Notes: a model not told the origin generated them from the letters alone. A stretch of 60,789 bases of DNA, filler included, from Globobulimina sp. (GCA_003354225.1; 12 parts of 12 records of this genome joined end to end with filler, not necessarily neighbours in it); one strand, 5' to 3'; positions 24,095 to 36,008 are shown, counted from the whole stretch's first letter. Program-made: numbers and translations.

Positions 24095-25289
24095 TCAAAC
24101 ATCCCAAATATCTCTAAAAAAGCGCAGAAATTCTTTAAACGTAACAGAGTCGGAATGATCTTTATCCATCGAATAAAAACTTTTTGTAACCACTTCCTGA
24201 GCGACACCAAAGCGCAAACCGGCAGATACAAATTCATCCAAATTAATCTCACCCGAATTATCTTCGTCATATTGCTCAAACAATAATTTTAAATCTTTGT
24301 TTTGTTTTTGTGTCAACTTTGTTGGAGATATCCATCTTAACATTGAAGGAACCAATTCGTGGGAATCCCGATCAAATAACATAATAATTAATTGTTGCAA
24401 TGTTATGTATCCGTTTCCATCCTCATTCGCCTCAAATATCTGACCATCATTAATATGTAAAGTGAATGGAAAGAATGACTGCGACACGCATAAAATGGCA
24501 AATATTTCAAGTTTTGGCACAATTGTTTTATCCTCGATTTTCAAGCAATTATTTAATGCCTCAAATATGCGCCGCAAAGACTCGATTTTCTCTTCATTGA
24601 TGATGCTATGTTTGAGCCAGCCAATGATTAATTTTTTATCCTTCTTAGATGCCAATGGATGCAAAACAGAGAGCAATTCGCTAAAATCTATATTTCCAGA
24701 TTTGTCCGTATCCATTACACGGAATATTCGCGTTGCGTGACCTCCGCCAAATTCGTCAGGAAAAGCCTCCACAAACTCGGCCAAATCGATGGAGCCATTA
24801 CCATCGGCATCGATTGCTTGGAACCTGCGCTTTAATGCAAATATCTCATCCACACAAAAGCCACTTAACCGCGTATTTAATGTCAGGCGTTTTGTTCCGC
24901 GCAGAATCTGCAGTCCATTGGCCAATATTCCCTCTAAATTTGATAATATCTCTGCGGTCTTAAATTGTTTGTTTCTTTCTGTTTTCTTATTTCTTTTTGT
25001 TTTGCGTTGTCGCTGTTTATGAGTCGATGTCAACGGCAGTTTGAAGTAAATGGAATAAGTTTCATTCTCGATTTCGCGCACTTTGTTTAAATGCATTTCG
25101 TGGCTCCTCTTCAAATGCAATGTGTTCCATCGCCTCAATATTTGATAGGTTTCATTGCAAAGATAGCAAAAATTAGTAACACATTCAACGTCAAATTGTT
25201 TGCTGAATAAAGAGAGGCAGTCCATTGCTTTGAATGTGTTTTTGAGGATAATTTGCATCGATTCTTGGTCCGCCAAATTGCAATCACAT
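24095..25289 (-). CDS. Multi-EF-hand calcium-binding protein, 5'-truncated
   Basis: EF loops DADGNGSIDLAE, DTDKSGNIDFSE, NEDGNGYITLQQ, DEDNSGEINLDE and DKDHSDSVTFKE. Confidence 0.9.
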
Positions 25290-25389
25290 NNNNNNNNNNN
25301 NNNNNNNNNNNNNNNNNNNNNNNNNNNNNNNNNTTAATTAATTAANNNNNNNNNNNNNNNNNNNNNNNNNNNNNNNNNNNNNNNNNNNN

Positions 25390-27583
25390 GCTCATACGAA
25401 TTCGTTATGATTTGATTTATTTTTTGTTCTACGTTGGGATTATTGTGCAATTTATGTCTTTTGCCGTATAAATCTATTCTATAATCCATGGCTCCTTCCA
25501 TTATATCAATATCTGATAAAAGTAATTTATTTTTGTGTTCTATAATATCATTTTTACTGTCAATTGTATTAAGATGATTAAATAATTTCTTTTCAAGTCC
25601 ATTACTGTTGTAATGATGTGCTGTATCTATAAATTTATTTTGTTTATTTCGGAGTAGTTTATTTGATTGTTTTTGTATATTTAATTCTAATGATTTGATT
25701 ATATTTGGATTTATATTGTTTTTATTAATTGTATTTTCATATAAATTTAATAGATTTAGTAATGTATCATTAATGTGTTTGTTATTTATTGTATTATTGT
25801 TGTGAATTCGTATAGTTTTAAGGCAATCTGTTTTAATCAGGGATTTGTTCAATAAAAATGTGTATCTGTTATAATAGTTATTTATCAATGTTTTCTTTTT
25901 ATTTTCATTCATATTCATGCTCTCTGTTGATTTAAATTTCATTTTGTAAATATTTTGTATTATTTTATCATTTTTCAGATTATATTCCAGCTCAATTATA
26001 GCATTATTAATTAATTTAATATCATTTTTTAATATATATTTGTATTTTGGGTATTTAATTGTGTGATTATTATGTGTTTGATATAAATTTATATAATTCA
26101 ATTTATTTTCGTTTAATTTTTGCATATTTATTATTATGGCAATTGATAATGGTTTATGGTCGCTACATTTTTGTTCCTTGCATAGAAATTTTATATTATG
26201 TATATTCATTTTAATTTTATAGATTTTATTCCAATCATTATGGTTATCTGTGATTACGTAATCGACTGTTGATGAACCGTTTGATTTGAAGCAAGTTTTA
26301 GTTCCAATGTGGTTTTCAAAATTAATAATTTTTAAATCATTTCTATTTATAAATGGGATGAATTTATCTTTTCCCATATAATTATCACCGTGATCGCCGA
26401 CAATATTTCCTATTCTCGCATTAAAGTCTCCATATAATATTATTCTGTAATTAAGTTGTTTTGCAAAAGTAATAATTGTGTCAATATCTCTGTATGTTTT
26501 ATCAATTAATTCCATTCTTTTTGGTTTTGATATATAATCATTATCATTCGAATAAGGCGGTATATAAACCGCAATTGTTATGAATTTATATTTGATATTT
26601 ATTTTTTTGAATATGTATTTGTTTGTAATTGTATTGAAAAATCGCTTAATGTATTTACATGTATTTTTATTTACGAGTGATATCATTCCATTTGATGAGT
26701 CTCTGATATTTATTATTTGTGATGGAAATGCATGTTTTTTGTAATTAATAATATCTTTAATATGTTTTAATGCATTTTTATTTAATTTAGTTTCTGATAA
26801 TTCTATCTGATTAAATTTATGTTTGTATACAAAGTGATTCCAAACAGGATTGTCTTGGCATCTTTGTATGTATTTTCCCCTTATGTTCTGATATAAAATA
26901 TTGTATTTTTCAAATGTTTCATTTTGTTTTAATTCATTATTTTCTATGTTCTTTATATTTGAATTTTCATTTTTTGATTTATTTATTTTTGTGAATTTAA
27001 TATTATTATTTAAAAATTGTATTTCCTTTTTATTTCTGGCTATTTTCAATTTTTTGTTACGCTTTTTTCTTTTTTGATTTTTGTTCTTTTTTTCTTTTTG
27101 TTTCTTTCCTTTTTCTTTCTTTCTATTTGATTTTTGTTTATTTGATTGATTGTTTTGTTTATTGACGCAAATTCGCATATTGTTATCTTTATAATTTGTA
27201 TGTTTATTTAGTTTGTTATAATTTGTGTATTTATTTAGTTTGTTATAATTTGTGTATTTATTTAGTTTGTTATAATGTTTGTTTTTATGGATTGGAAAGT
27301 TATGATTGATTTGAATCGGATTTATATGTTTCTTGCGTTTGTAAAAACAGTTTTTGTTACGGTAAATTTTTGATTTTTGACTAAAGTGTTTTTTCTGATA
27401 AGCACGACTGTTATGATTGGGATTGGAAAATTGATTAAGGTTTGAATTGTGATTAAAGGATAGATTGTGATAAAGAGATAGATTGTGATTAAGAGTTGCT
27501 TTTCGATTAAGACTTAAATTGTAAATATAAATCAAATATATATTATAATATAAAATACATAAATGTCTGTTTATTTTATACAT
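25390..27583 (-). CDS. LINE ORF2, apurinic-like (APE/EEP) endonuclease region, truncated; start at 27583 or 27178
   Basis: NILYQNIRG, LSETKL, IAVYIPP, LYGDFNARIG, STVDYVIT and SDHKPL motifs in canonical order. Confidence 0.9.
27190..27276. repeat. 27-bp tandem repeat, about 3.2 copies (encodes YNKLNKYTN on the minus strand)
   Basis: TATAATTTGTGTATTTATTTAGTTTGT at 27217 and 27244, with a variant copy at 27190. Confidence 0.95.
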
Positions 27584-27637
27584 AAAATATAAAAATAGGA
27601 AAAATAAATTTATTTTATTTGAGCGATATCCGTTTTT

Positions 27638-29311
27638 TCAGAAATTTCTGTTATTTTTGTAATATCCATTATTTTTGCCATAATATCTGTTTCCTCCGCG
27701 GTTTCCACCTCTTTGTGCATAATTTCCTCTGTTTCGACCTCTTCCTCCTTCACCACGGCCTCTTCCATAACCACCACGTCTTTCAAATTGCTGTTCCGCC
27801 GCAAACATCGCACTTTGCGTTGGATCATAATGTTGATACATTTGATTATTAACGTTTAAATGTGCTACGTTATCAATTTGCTGTCTTCTCTGTCTTTGAA
27901 TGATATTTTCGAGGCTCATTTCTTTGCTATTCCTCCAATATCCGGCTACACCGCCGACCGCTTGTAAACTTTCAATGGCTGTTTTAGTGCCAAATGAATC
28001 GCAAAAATATATTCTCGCCACTTTTCTTCCTCCGGACATCGAACAAATTTTAATTCTTAAATCGCCATCCTTTGATTCGATGTATTTATTACAATCGATT
28101 TCGGCCTGCACCAATTTGGCAATTATCGCCGTCTCATAATCGACCAATGAAAATTTTTCCGAGTCCACCAATGACAATTTGATGACTCTCGGTTTATCCT
28201 CCTCGGCAATGTCAAAAATTGTCAATAAATTCGAAGATGCATTATTTGCTGATGCTGCTAATAAGATTTTTTCCCGATTTTCGGTTAAATCCTTGTAAAT
28301 ATTTCTCATTTTATTCTCATGTCTTTCCATTTTCTTCTCGATCGATTTTAAATCATTTGCGTCATTAATAACGTTTCCATCGACGTCCATATCTATTTTC
28401 ATCTCATTCTCTCGTCTTTTTTCCTCATATTTCTCTTTTTCCGCTCTTAATTGGGCCGTCTCCAATTTTAATGCTTCAATTTCTCTTTGCTTCTTTTTTA
28501 ATTTTTGATCATATTCATTCATTTTATGATTATGAATAATGCTCAAATTATCCATTTGCTTTTTCAATTTCTCATTTTCTTTGCTTTGATGTGCAACGGA
28601 GCCCGACGTAAATTTCATTGCTTCACTGATTTTTAATTCGACTCTTTCCAAAGTGTTCTTATATTCATTTTGCATCGATAATAAATCTGTATTCATTTCT
28701 AATAATTTCGAGCGATTTAAATCCGCTCTTTGTGCATTTTTCTCCGTTCGTAATTTCGTCGGCGTTCGTCCAGTGTTTGTGTTTAAATCTGACGAATACT
28801 GTGAATTGTTATTGTTATTGTTGTTATTTCCGTTATTTCCGGAAAATTCTGACTGACTGTACGATGAGTCATTATTTGTTAATATCTCACTATTTTGTGA
28901 TTGATTTAAGAAATTAATTCGAGATAAATCACTTAAATTCATTGGCGGCAAATTCTTTAAATTTCCTTTTTGTTGATTTCTGATATTTGAATCATCCAAA
29001 TCCGCGTCCGTTTGTCTTTGATTTTTTTCGTATTCAATGTTAAAATCGATTAATAAATTTCTCATTGATATTGAATTAATTAAATCTGTCGGATTCTCTC
29101 TGTTATGATCTGCGGCCTTCGCCCTTATCCATCCCATCACCGACTCCTTGTTTTTCTTATCTTTGTTTGACATTTCATCATTGCATGTTTTGTTTGCGAC
29201 TATTGAACCAATTGCGATCCATTCCGGTTTGCTAAAATCTTCCTTTTTCATCAAATCTGCTTTTAATTCGAATACCTTTGGTATCTTTTTAAAGAATGTG
29301 TATTGCGACAT
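27638..29311 (-). CDS. LINE ORF1-like protein: coiled coil, putative RRM-like region, RGG-rich tail
   Basis: 557-aa intronless ORF directly upstream of the APE ORF. Long E/K/L heptad region; C-terminal RRGGYGRGRGEGGRGRNRGNY...RGGNRGGNRYYG. Confidence 0.75.
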   Translation of the reverse strand: MSQYTFFKKIPKVFELKADLMKKEDFSKPEWIAIGSIVANKTCNDEMSNKDKKNKESVMGWIRAKAADHNRENPTDLINSISMRNLLIDFNIEYEKNQRQTDADLDDSNIRNQQKGNLKNLPPMNLSDLSRINFLNQSQNSEILTNNDSSYSQSEFSGNNGNNNNNNNNSQYSSDLNTNTGRTPTKLRTEKNAQRADLNRSKLLEMNTDLLSMQNEYKNTLERVELKISEAMKFTSGSVAHQSKENEKLKKQMDNLSIIHNHKMNEYDQKLKKKQREIEALKLETAQLRAEKEKYEEKRRENEMKIDMDVDGNVINDANDLKSIEKKMERHENKMRNIYKDLTENREKILLAASANNASSNLLTIFDIAEEDKPRVIKLSLVDSEKFSLVDYETAIIAKLVQAEIDCNKYIESKDGDLRIKICSMSGGRKVARIYFCDSFGTKTAIESLQAVGGVAGYWRNSKEMSLENIIQRQRRQQIDNVAHLNVNNQMYQHYDPTQSAMFAAEQQFERRGGYGRGRGEGGRGRNRGNYAQRGGNRGGNRYYGKNNGYYKNNRNF

Positions 29312-29669
29312 TGCTTGCGATTTGCTTTTGACTTTGCTAATTTGTGTGGCTTTTGTCTTAGTTTGTCTTTGTTTCGCTTAGGTTGTGACTGACGTATTGA
29401 AGTTAGTGAAGTTAGTAACGGCCACAAATTAATTCACAATATCCTTAAAATAAATTCATAACAACCATTTCCTGCGGTTATTATATGTTTCAGTGTTAGT
29501 CATTTACAGATTATATATTCGTTTGAATCGCATAAGAGGGCGGAATCGAGACAGTTATCCGTGAATGACAGTGGATTATTTGGCAGATTTCATCAAAAAA
29601 AAAGTATGATCAATGTATGATTTTTTGATAAACGTATAAAATGTACATAATAAATAGCAAAAAAACTAT

Positions 29670-30365
29670 CTAAAAAAGTTCATGCAACAAAAAAGACACA
29701 AACAAACCATTCAAAAAAAGACACAAATTAACACAACAAAAAGTATAAAATTGCAAAAATAAAATCAAAATACCGAATAAAAAATTGATAACTGCACAAA
29801 AAATTAATAAATCATTTCTAAAACCACGACTATCACTTGTTTTTTGCATTGATATTTTAATTTTTGGATATTTAATATTTAATGATGATGAATATAAATA
29901 TAACCAACTTCGTCTATTTCCTCTCCCTTCGTCTATTTCCTCTCTACGCCATATAATGAACATTTTATTTTCTTTCTTTTTCTTGTTTCACTTAAAATAT
30001 CCAATAAACCACATAATGAAAATTGATATGAATAACGTCCATCACCACTCGTACATTGAATAACAATATGATCCAAATTTGGAAATAAATTTATCAAACT
30101 AATAATAATCTCTTTATATGACATATTATCTCTATCATAACCCACAGAATATGATGTTTCCACAATCAAATCTTGTAAAACTGAGGGATATTTTGAAAGT
30201 GAATGCAAATTTATATTTAATGTTTTTTTACTAAATCTGAACATATTAAATGTATCCTCAATATATAATGGGATCGATTTATCAGATTCAAATAATAAAC
30301 ACATTATCTCTGCAGCTTTCATACTAAATCCGCGGACTGCATCTTCATCACATCCATTGATAGCC
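29670..30365 (-). pseudogene. 3' fragment of an uncharacterised gene with an apparent frame break near 29908-29945
   Basis: Frame ...YIEDTF...LFPNL...YQFSLCGLL stops at 29933, inside an 18-bp tandem duplication. Protein-like sequence (RRSWLYLYSSSL...DLLIF) continues in another frame. Confidence 0.4.
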
Positions 30366-30465
30366 NNNNNNNNNNNNNNNNNNNNNNNNNNNNNNNNNNN
30401 NNNNNNNNNTTAATTAATTAANNNNNNNNNNNNNNNNNNNNNNNNNNNNNNNNNNNNNNNNNNNN

Positions 30466-31746
30466 AGTCTCTATAAAATCCCTCGCAAACTGTCCACCTC
30501 AATATCAAGTGTGCTAAACCCCTTTCGGTCCGGCCCCAAACACAAACAATCTTCCTCAGTCTCAGCCACTTCAATTTCCTTCGAAAAACAGCCTAAATTC
30601 AGAGCTCGGAACAACTGCGCCAACTACCAATCTTCCTCAGAATCAGAGATCAAAGAAAAGGATGCGTCCACTACCAAACCGTCCAAATCCAAAGCGTCCG
30701 GATCCAAATACAAAGGTAAAAAATTTGCAAGTTACAAAGGCTCCACCTCCGAGACCTCCACTATGGACATCAAAGACGAAGATTCCTCCTCTTCCCACGA
30801 CTTTGCATCCATCACCAAATTAACTAATATGTTATCTGAACATGACAACCTCAACAGTTCCGGCAACGAAACCGTCGTCGAAAACGATATGAAAGACGCA
30901 GCGGTCAATATAACCGATGCCGTGTCGCAGTTATCGAGTGCCATCAGCGCCAACTTCAAAAATAAAGCCTCCACCACCTGCACCGGCACCACGTCCCACG
31001 CATACATAAAAAATCCGTTTTATCACTCGGACGAAGACCCAGAAGGCGATGAGTGCACATTTGCAAGTGATGGCACTGCGGCTGGCACCGGCGATGAGGG
31101 CGATGACTCGCAGTCGTGTTTGAGCGACGTAACCAGTGACGACACGAGCTGCTATCAGTCGTATGGAGGGCGGACCAGTCGCACTTCGAGCAAACAGATC
31201 AGGGCCATCAAGCCAAATGCCGCTGGGGATAAGATCAAAATGGTCAAGTTTCGTGAACGTAATCTGTATGTGCAGGCACATGCATTTCGTGGCAGCATCC
31301 GGCTGGCAAAGAACAATCCGTTTCGATATGGGCCCAAATCCAAGGCTTCGTCGCGACGATCGCGTACTTCGTACAATTCTATCAAAGCGCATATAACATC
31401 GTCGATCATGGATCGCGACGACAGTGTGGGAACCGGGCGCTGTACGCATGACAGTGACGGGGAACCGCCGCCGTTGCCGCTGGAATGGTTTCAAAGTAAT
31501 TCCATGCCGTATCATGAATATATGGATGTTGCTCAGATGCAGGAAAGTGATTATTATTTCGATGAGTCTGCAGCTGAGGATCAGAAATGTCATCAGAGAC
31601 CGTTGCAAGGCTCGAGACCATGTCCGCCGCCGCATGTATTCAACCATTATCGTAGTTATATTAATACTGCGCATGAGGAGGTTTGCGAGGATATGGATGA
31701 AGAGGAAGAGGAAGAATGTTTAAGTGATGCTTCTACGCATATTTGA
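30466..31746 (+). CDS. 3' part of a Ser/Asp-rich disordered protein with three NPF motifs
   Basis: Frame open from the contig start; LNPFRSGPK, KNPFYHS and NNPFRYGPK; followed by a T-rich 3'UTR-like region. Confidence 0.75.
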   Translation, partial: SLYKIPRKLSTSISSVLNPFRSGPKHKQSSSVSATSISFEKQPKFRARNNCANYQSSSESEIKEKDASTTKPSKSKASGSKYKGKKFASYKGSTSETSTMDIKDEDSSSSHDFASITKLTNMLSEHDNLNSSGNETVVENDMKDAAVNITDAVSQLSSAISANFKNKASTTCTGTTSHAYIKNPFYHSDEDPEGDECTFASDGTAAGTGDEGDDSQSCLSDVTSDDTSCYQSYGGRTSRTSSKQIRAIKPNAAGDKIKMVKFRERNLYVQAHAFRGSIRLAKNNPFRYGPKSKASSRRSRTSYNSIKAHITSSIMDRDDSVGTGRCTHDSDGEPPPLPLEWFQSNSMPYHEYMDVAQMQESDYYFDESAAEDQKCHQRPLQGSRPCPPPHVFNHYRSYINTAHEEVCEDMDEEEEEECLSDASTHI

Positions 31747-32641
31747 TGCATGGATTCAAATTTGGTGTTCAACGTATTTTTATTTTGCTTTCTTTTTTTT
31801 TAAAGTTTTTACTTTCTTTCGTTTATGTGTTTTGAGTTAACGACTTTTATTATGTTGTGCGTATAATTTCTTTTTCTTTTGTGTTGGTTTAAACGATACG
31901 TTGGTGTATTGTTGGTCTGACAGTTATTTTTAAATGTTGTATATTTTTTATATATTTTTGTGATTTAAATTTAATACAATTTTCACAGAATCCATGTATT
32001 ACCTTTTTCGTTCACATTGCGTTATTGGGTGAAAGGATAAAACGTGTACAATTCAGAAAGTAAGTGTTATTATATGCTATTATATCAACTGTTTAGTGTT
32101 TGCAAAGAGATTGCAAGAAGATTACAAAAAGATTGCAAGATTACAAGAGTTATTAATTAGTTATTGATTAAAAGCAACTAATGTTTAATCGGCTCGAATA
32201 GCCCGATTACAGGGTGCATATATTCATGCAAAACGAAGAGTGTCTGGTTTTAAAATGCAACTATACTCTAAACACGTGATATTCTAAAGTACTCCAAGAC
32301 AAAGTTAAAAAAAGTATAACTGAACCAGCTAGATGTGGTTTATAAAATTTGTCTCAATCGCACATTCATTTCTACGTTGATTAATTTGCAGCAAATGATA
32401 GGAGCTCACACATTTGCTTATATTTCAGCTGGTTTTAATCAAAGCTCTAATTAATTAAATAGTATAACGCAACACGGAAAAACACAAAAAAAAGTCAATA
32501 CGTTTTGTCATTTCACCCAAACAAAGAGAAAAAAAAAGTAACTTAATTTTTAAAAAAAGTAAACAAAAAATATTTAGAAAAATTAAGTTAAATATAATGT
32601 TAATGTTAAATAAAGAAAATGGATGTGTCAAAACTTGAGTT

Positions 32642-34313
32642 TTACACACCATTTGAAGTAAGTTTGTCAATTAATTCATTTAATAATCTTGGCTTATTTT
32701 GCAATAAAAAGAAATAACCCTTTGAAGACTTTATTGATTTAATATTTTGGACAATAAATTCCAAAATAAACTCTTTGATATTTTTAATTTCATCCAAATG
32801 TGTATATTTATCTAAAAATATCAGAAATATGCAGCATGTTTCCATGTTAATATATGAACGCAATGCATGACAACACGCAACTAATAATTCAACGATTTCA
32901 TAACATTCCGCAATTTGAAATAATCCAAATAATTTCCGCGCCTTTTCGGGACAATGAAATTTTAATTCATTTATAATATCACTGTTCATTGAACTGCAAT
33001 TATGAACATCAATACCTTTTTGTTTATTTTTCAACAACGACGACAGTGAACATTTTGCTGACGGTACACGTTCTTCATAGGCGCCATGATCTTGTTCCGT
33101 CGATTTTGTTTCTTCTTCATCTGTCGATTTCGTCTCTTCTTCGATATCACGATCATATTCATCCGTTGTGTCTGTTAACGATCCATCAAAATCTAATCCA
33201 AGTTCTTCTTCTTCGTCTGGAGCAGCGCTAAAATCATCAGCTGCATCACACAGATCATTCGGTTCGTGATCTAATTCGATTTGACCTAAATATAAAAATT
33301 TCACCATCGACATAACAATATCTACGTTCCACTGATTCATAAAGATTGATGACGTGGCATTTTCTTTGGTTTTGTGTTTGAAAAATGCATGAAAAACAGG
33401 GGAAGCCGCTGTTAATACACATTTGTGCACTTTAATAAGTTTTGTCTTTTGATTATTGTATTTGGTTAAATAATTTAGGACAATCACTGCATCGCAATTT
33501 AATTTATTATAATACATTTTGGAAATTAATTTTGCTGCAATCGTCTGTGGACTTTGCTGATGGATAAATTTGGGTGGTTTTTTTATTGAAGATTCACACT
33601 CAAATATTTCGACATGAATTTTAAAAATTAATTCATTTTCATGCACTGCGTTTACCAAAGTTGCAATTTCTGTGAAATTTCTAGATACAAAATATAAAAT
33701 AAGGTACGGTACAAATATGCAAATGCAAATGTATGTGTATACTAAACGGAAAACCAACACCTAAATCAAAATCATTTCGAATGGAAGAGACTCGAGTTAA
33801 GACATTCTCGTTTTGGCCGAAGCAAATTGCATATCGAGCAACAAAATCATTATTACTGTCATTACTTTCTTTTTCTTCGTTTTCTGGACTTTCATTGTTC
33901 TCATCTTCGTCTTCATTATTCTCAGGGTCTGGATTTGAAGCTTTCTGAGGAACTGTTAAATAAAACGCAGAAAAGCCATCTTGCGACCTTCGCCAACCCG
34001 GAACACATAATTCTAAATTAAAAGTATGGCCGCTATATTCAACGGATGTTCCAATTACACCGTTTTTCTCCCCTTTGACGGCTAATTTGGCGATGTCGAT
34101 TGTTTGTTTGTTGATATTCCATTCAATGTCGATTTTTTTTGCTACTGTTCTTGTTTCAATTTTTATTGCTTCGTTTTCTGATTTTCTTTCTTTTCTGCTT
34201 GATGTATACGTTGATGATGGTGAGTTACATAACTCCTCGTTATTTCTGCGCTGTATAGACATATTGTACGGTTTTGAAAGATTTCCTCTGTTCAAAAGTT
34301 CAGCGACATTCAT
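32642..34313 (-). CDS. MATH-BTB-BACK (SPOP-like) cullin-3 adaptor; intron 33681-33747
   Basis: MATH-like IEWNI...GHTFNLEL...FSAFYL...GVGFPNF...LIFKIHVEI; BTB IKVHKCVLTAASPVFHAFF...MVKFLYLGQI; BACK-like AECYEIVELLVAC...FILEFIVQN. Confidence 0.85.
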
Positions 34314-34765
34314 GTAGTGAAGATAGAAAATAGTTTAATTAAAACCTTTGAGCACAACTCGAAACCTTTGAGACTACTTTCAATTCAATTGAGACACAGT
34401 ATTTTATTAATTAAATTTGGGAGCAGTGGATTGAGTGGAAAAGGATGTGTTACATTATGGACAATGATCGTTTTCAACAACATGTTTATGGTTAATTTTA
34501 TTGAATTATATCAATATGGAATTGTAATTTTAATGGAAAATTACAAATTATTTTCTTGGTTCAAATGCTAGGACATAAATAAACAATAATCTGGTAAATC
34601 CGTTTTGTTTTTTCAGATAATACTCATATTTTGTTTGCATGTTTGTTCGACTATAGGATAGTTAATAAAAATATATTTGTGCGCCAGTTATGAAAATTCG
34701 ACTATTTTCAAATGATATTCTTTGTTTACGAAAGAAAATGTCCGTCATTTTAAGATAAATGAAAC

Positions 34766-35389
34766 ATGCCATTGTCATCTCAATGTTTAATTGGTTCAAA
34801 CTGTACAAACACAAATGATTGCTGTCCGTACCATATTGGCGAGCATACCAATGGTGTACTATGTGAAGAATCATATAATCTCAGCAAAGAAGAAGAGAAA
34901 TATAACATATGTTGTATTGAAAAAGGATACAAATGTGTTATAAATGCGGATTGTTGTGGCCCAAAAACGGAATGTATCAGATATTTTTGTGTTGATTCTA
35001 AAACCCAAAACAATGATGGATTTACAGCGGATTTAATTCAAGAAACAGAAGAGTCGATATTTTCTGCAGCGACTAATGCAGCAAACATAGATATAATATG
35101 GCTATTAATTGCAATCTGTGGCATATGTTTTATAGCAATGCTTATTTCCTGTTATGTGAATATTGTTAGAAACACTCACAAAAATAAGAAGCAAATGGCA
35201 AATTCAATCAATAATCACAGTCATGACTCCAGATCATTGCACAATGCATCAGAAATAAGTGAGAATGGAATAGAACCAAAGGAATATAAAATCAAACTGA
35301 ATCAGAAAATAAGCAGCATGGGATCTGGAGGTGGTCCATTAATATTACATCAAAAACAATTTCGACAATATCATGTTCAATATTTCTGA
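34766..35389 (+). CDS. Small single-pass membrane protein with a Cys-rich (C-C-CC repeat) N-terminal domain
   Basis: Two C..C....DCC units, then TM IIWLLIAICGICFIAMLISCYV and a basic juxtamembrane segment. The true start is uncertain. Confidence 0.65.
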   Translation: MPLSSQCLIGSNCTNTNDCCPYHIGEHTNGVLCEESYNLSKEEEKYNICCIEKGYKCVINADCCGPKTECIRYFCVDSKTQNNDGFTADLIQETEESIFSAATNAANIDIIWLLIAICGICFIAMLISCYVNIVRNTHKNKKQMANSINNHSHDSRSLHNASEISENGIEPKEYKIKLNQKISSMGSGGGPLILHQKQFRQYHVQYF

Positions 35390-36008
35390 TTTATTTTTAG
35401 CTTTTTTCAGCTTTTTTCAGCTTTTTTTTTTTTTTCTCAGNNNNNNNNNNNNNNNNNNNNNNNNNNNNNNNNNNNNNNNNNNNNTTAATTAATTAANNNN
35501 NNNNNNNNNNNNNNNNNNNNNNNNNNNNNNNNNNNNNNNNATGTATCCTGGATATAATGAGACACGAATAATTATTGGTAAAAAATAATATAAAGTCATT
35601 TTACTTTTCAAAAACATTCAAATTTATGATTTGTTTAATATTCCTGCTTTGTGCTGTGTTTGTAGTACATATTTTAAAAAAAGGCAGATCACAAATTTAA
35701 TCGATCGCGATTCGAAAAATATTACTACAAAAGTAATGACTCCGCTAACATTGAGTGTACATTGAAATATCGCATTTTTAGAAACTTTATATACGATATT
35801 TTTAGAAATGTACATAGAAATTAATGAAGAAACTTTGTTGTGTAACAAATAGCATATAATTTATGGAACACTATTGCCATTTATGCAAGAATACTTAGTA
35901 TTCTTGATTTAGGTGCAAAACACTTTAAAAAACTTAGTCAATCACAAAAGAAGTGTGAACCTAAAAAATCAATAGATTTTGAATTCAAATTAAACAGAAT
36001 GATGTTAA

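Larger units (their letters stand above)
25390..29420 (-). mobile_element. Non-LTR retrotransposon (LINE), 5' half: 5'UTR, ORF1 and ORF2 endonuclease; RT lies beyond the contig end; 5' boundary approximate
   Basis: Two tandem intronless ORFs 54 nt apart, the second carrying an APE endonuclease; strongly A-rich coding strand. Confidence 0.85.

Noticed and set aside
32107-32150. AGATT(G/A)CAA short repeats
   Set aside because: Short degenerate minisatellite with no further structure.
35394-35440. CTTTTTTCAG tandem resembling stacked splice acceptors
   Set aside because: Low-complexity sequence at a contig end, where assembly slippage is likely.
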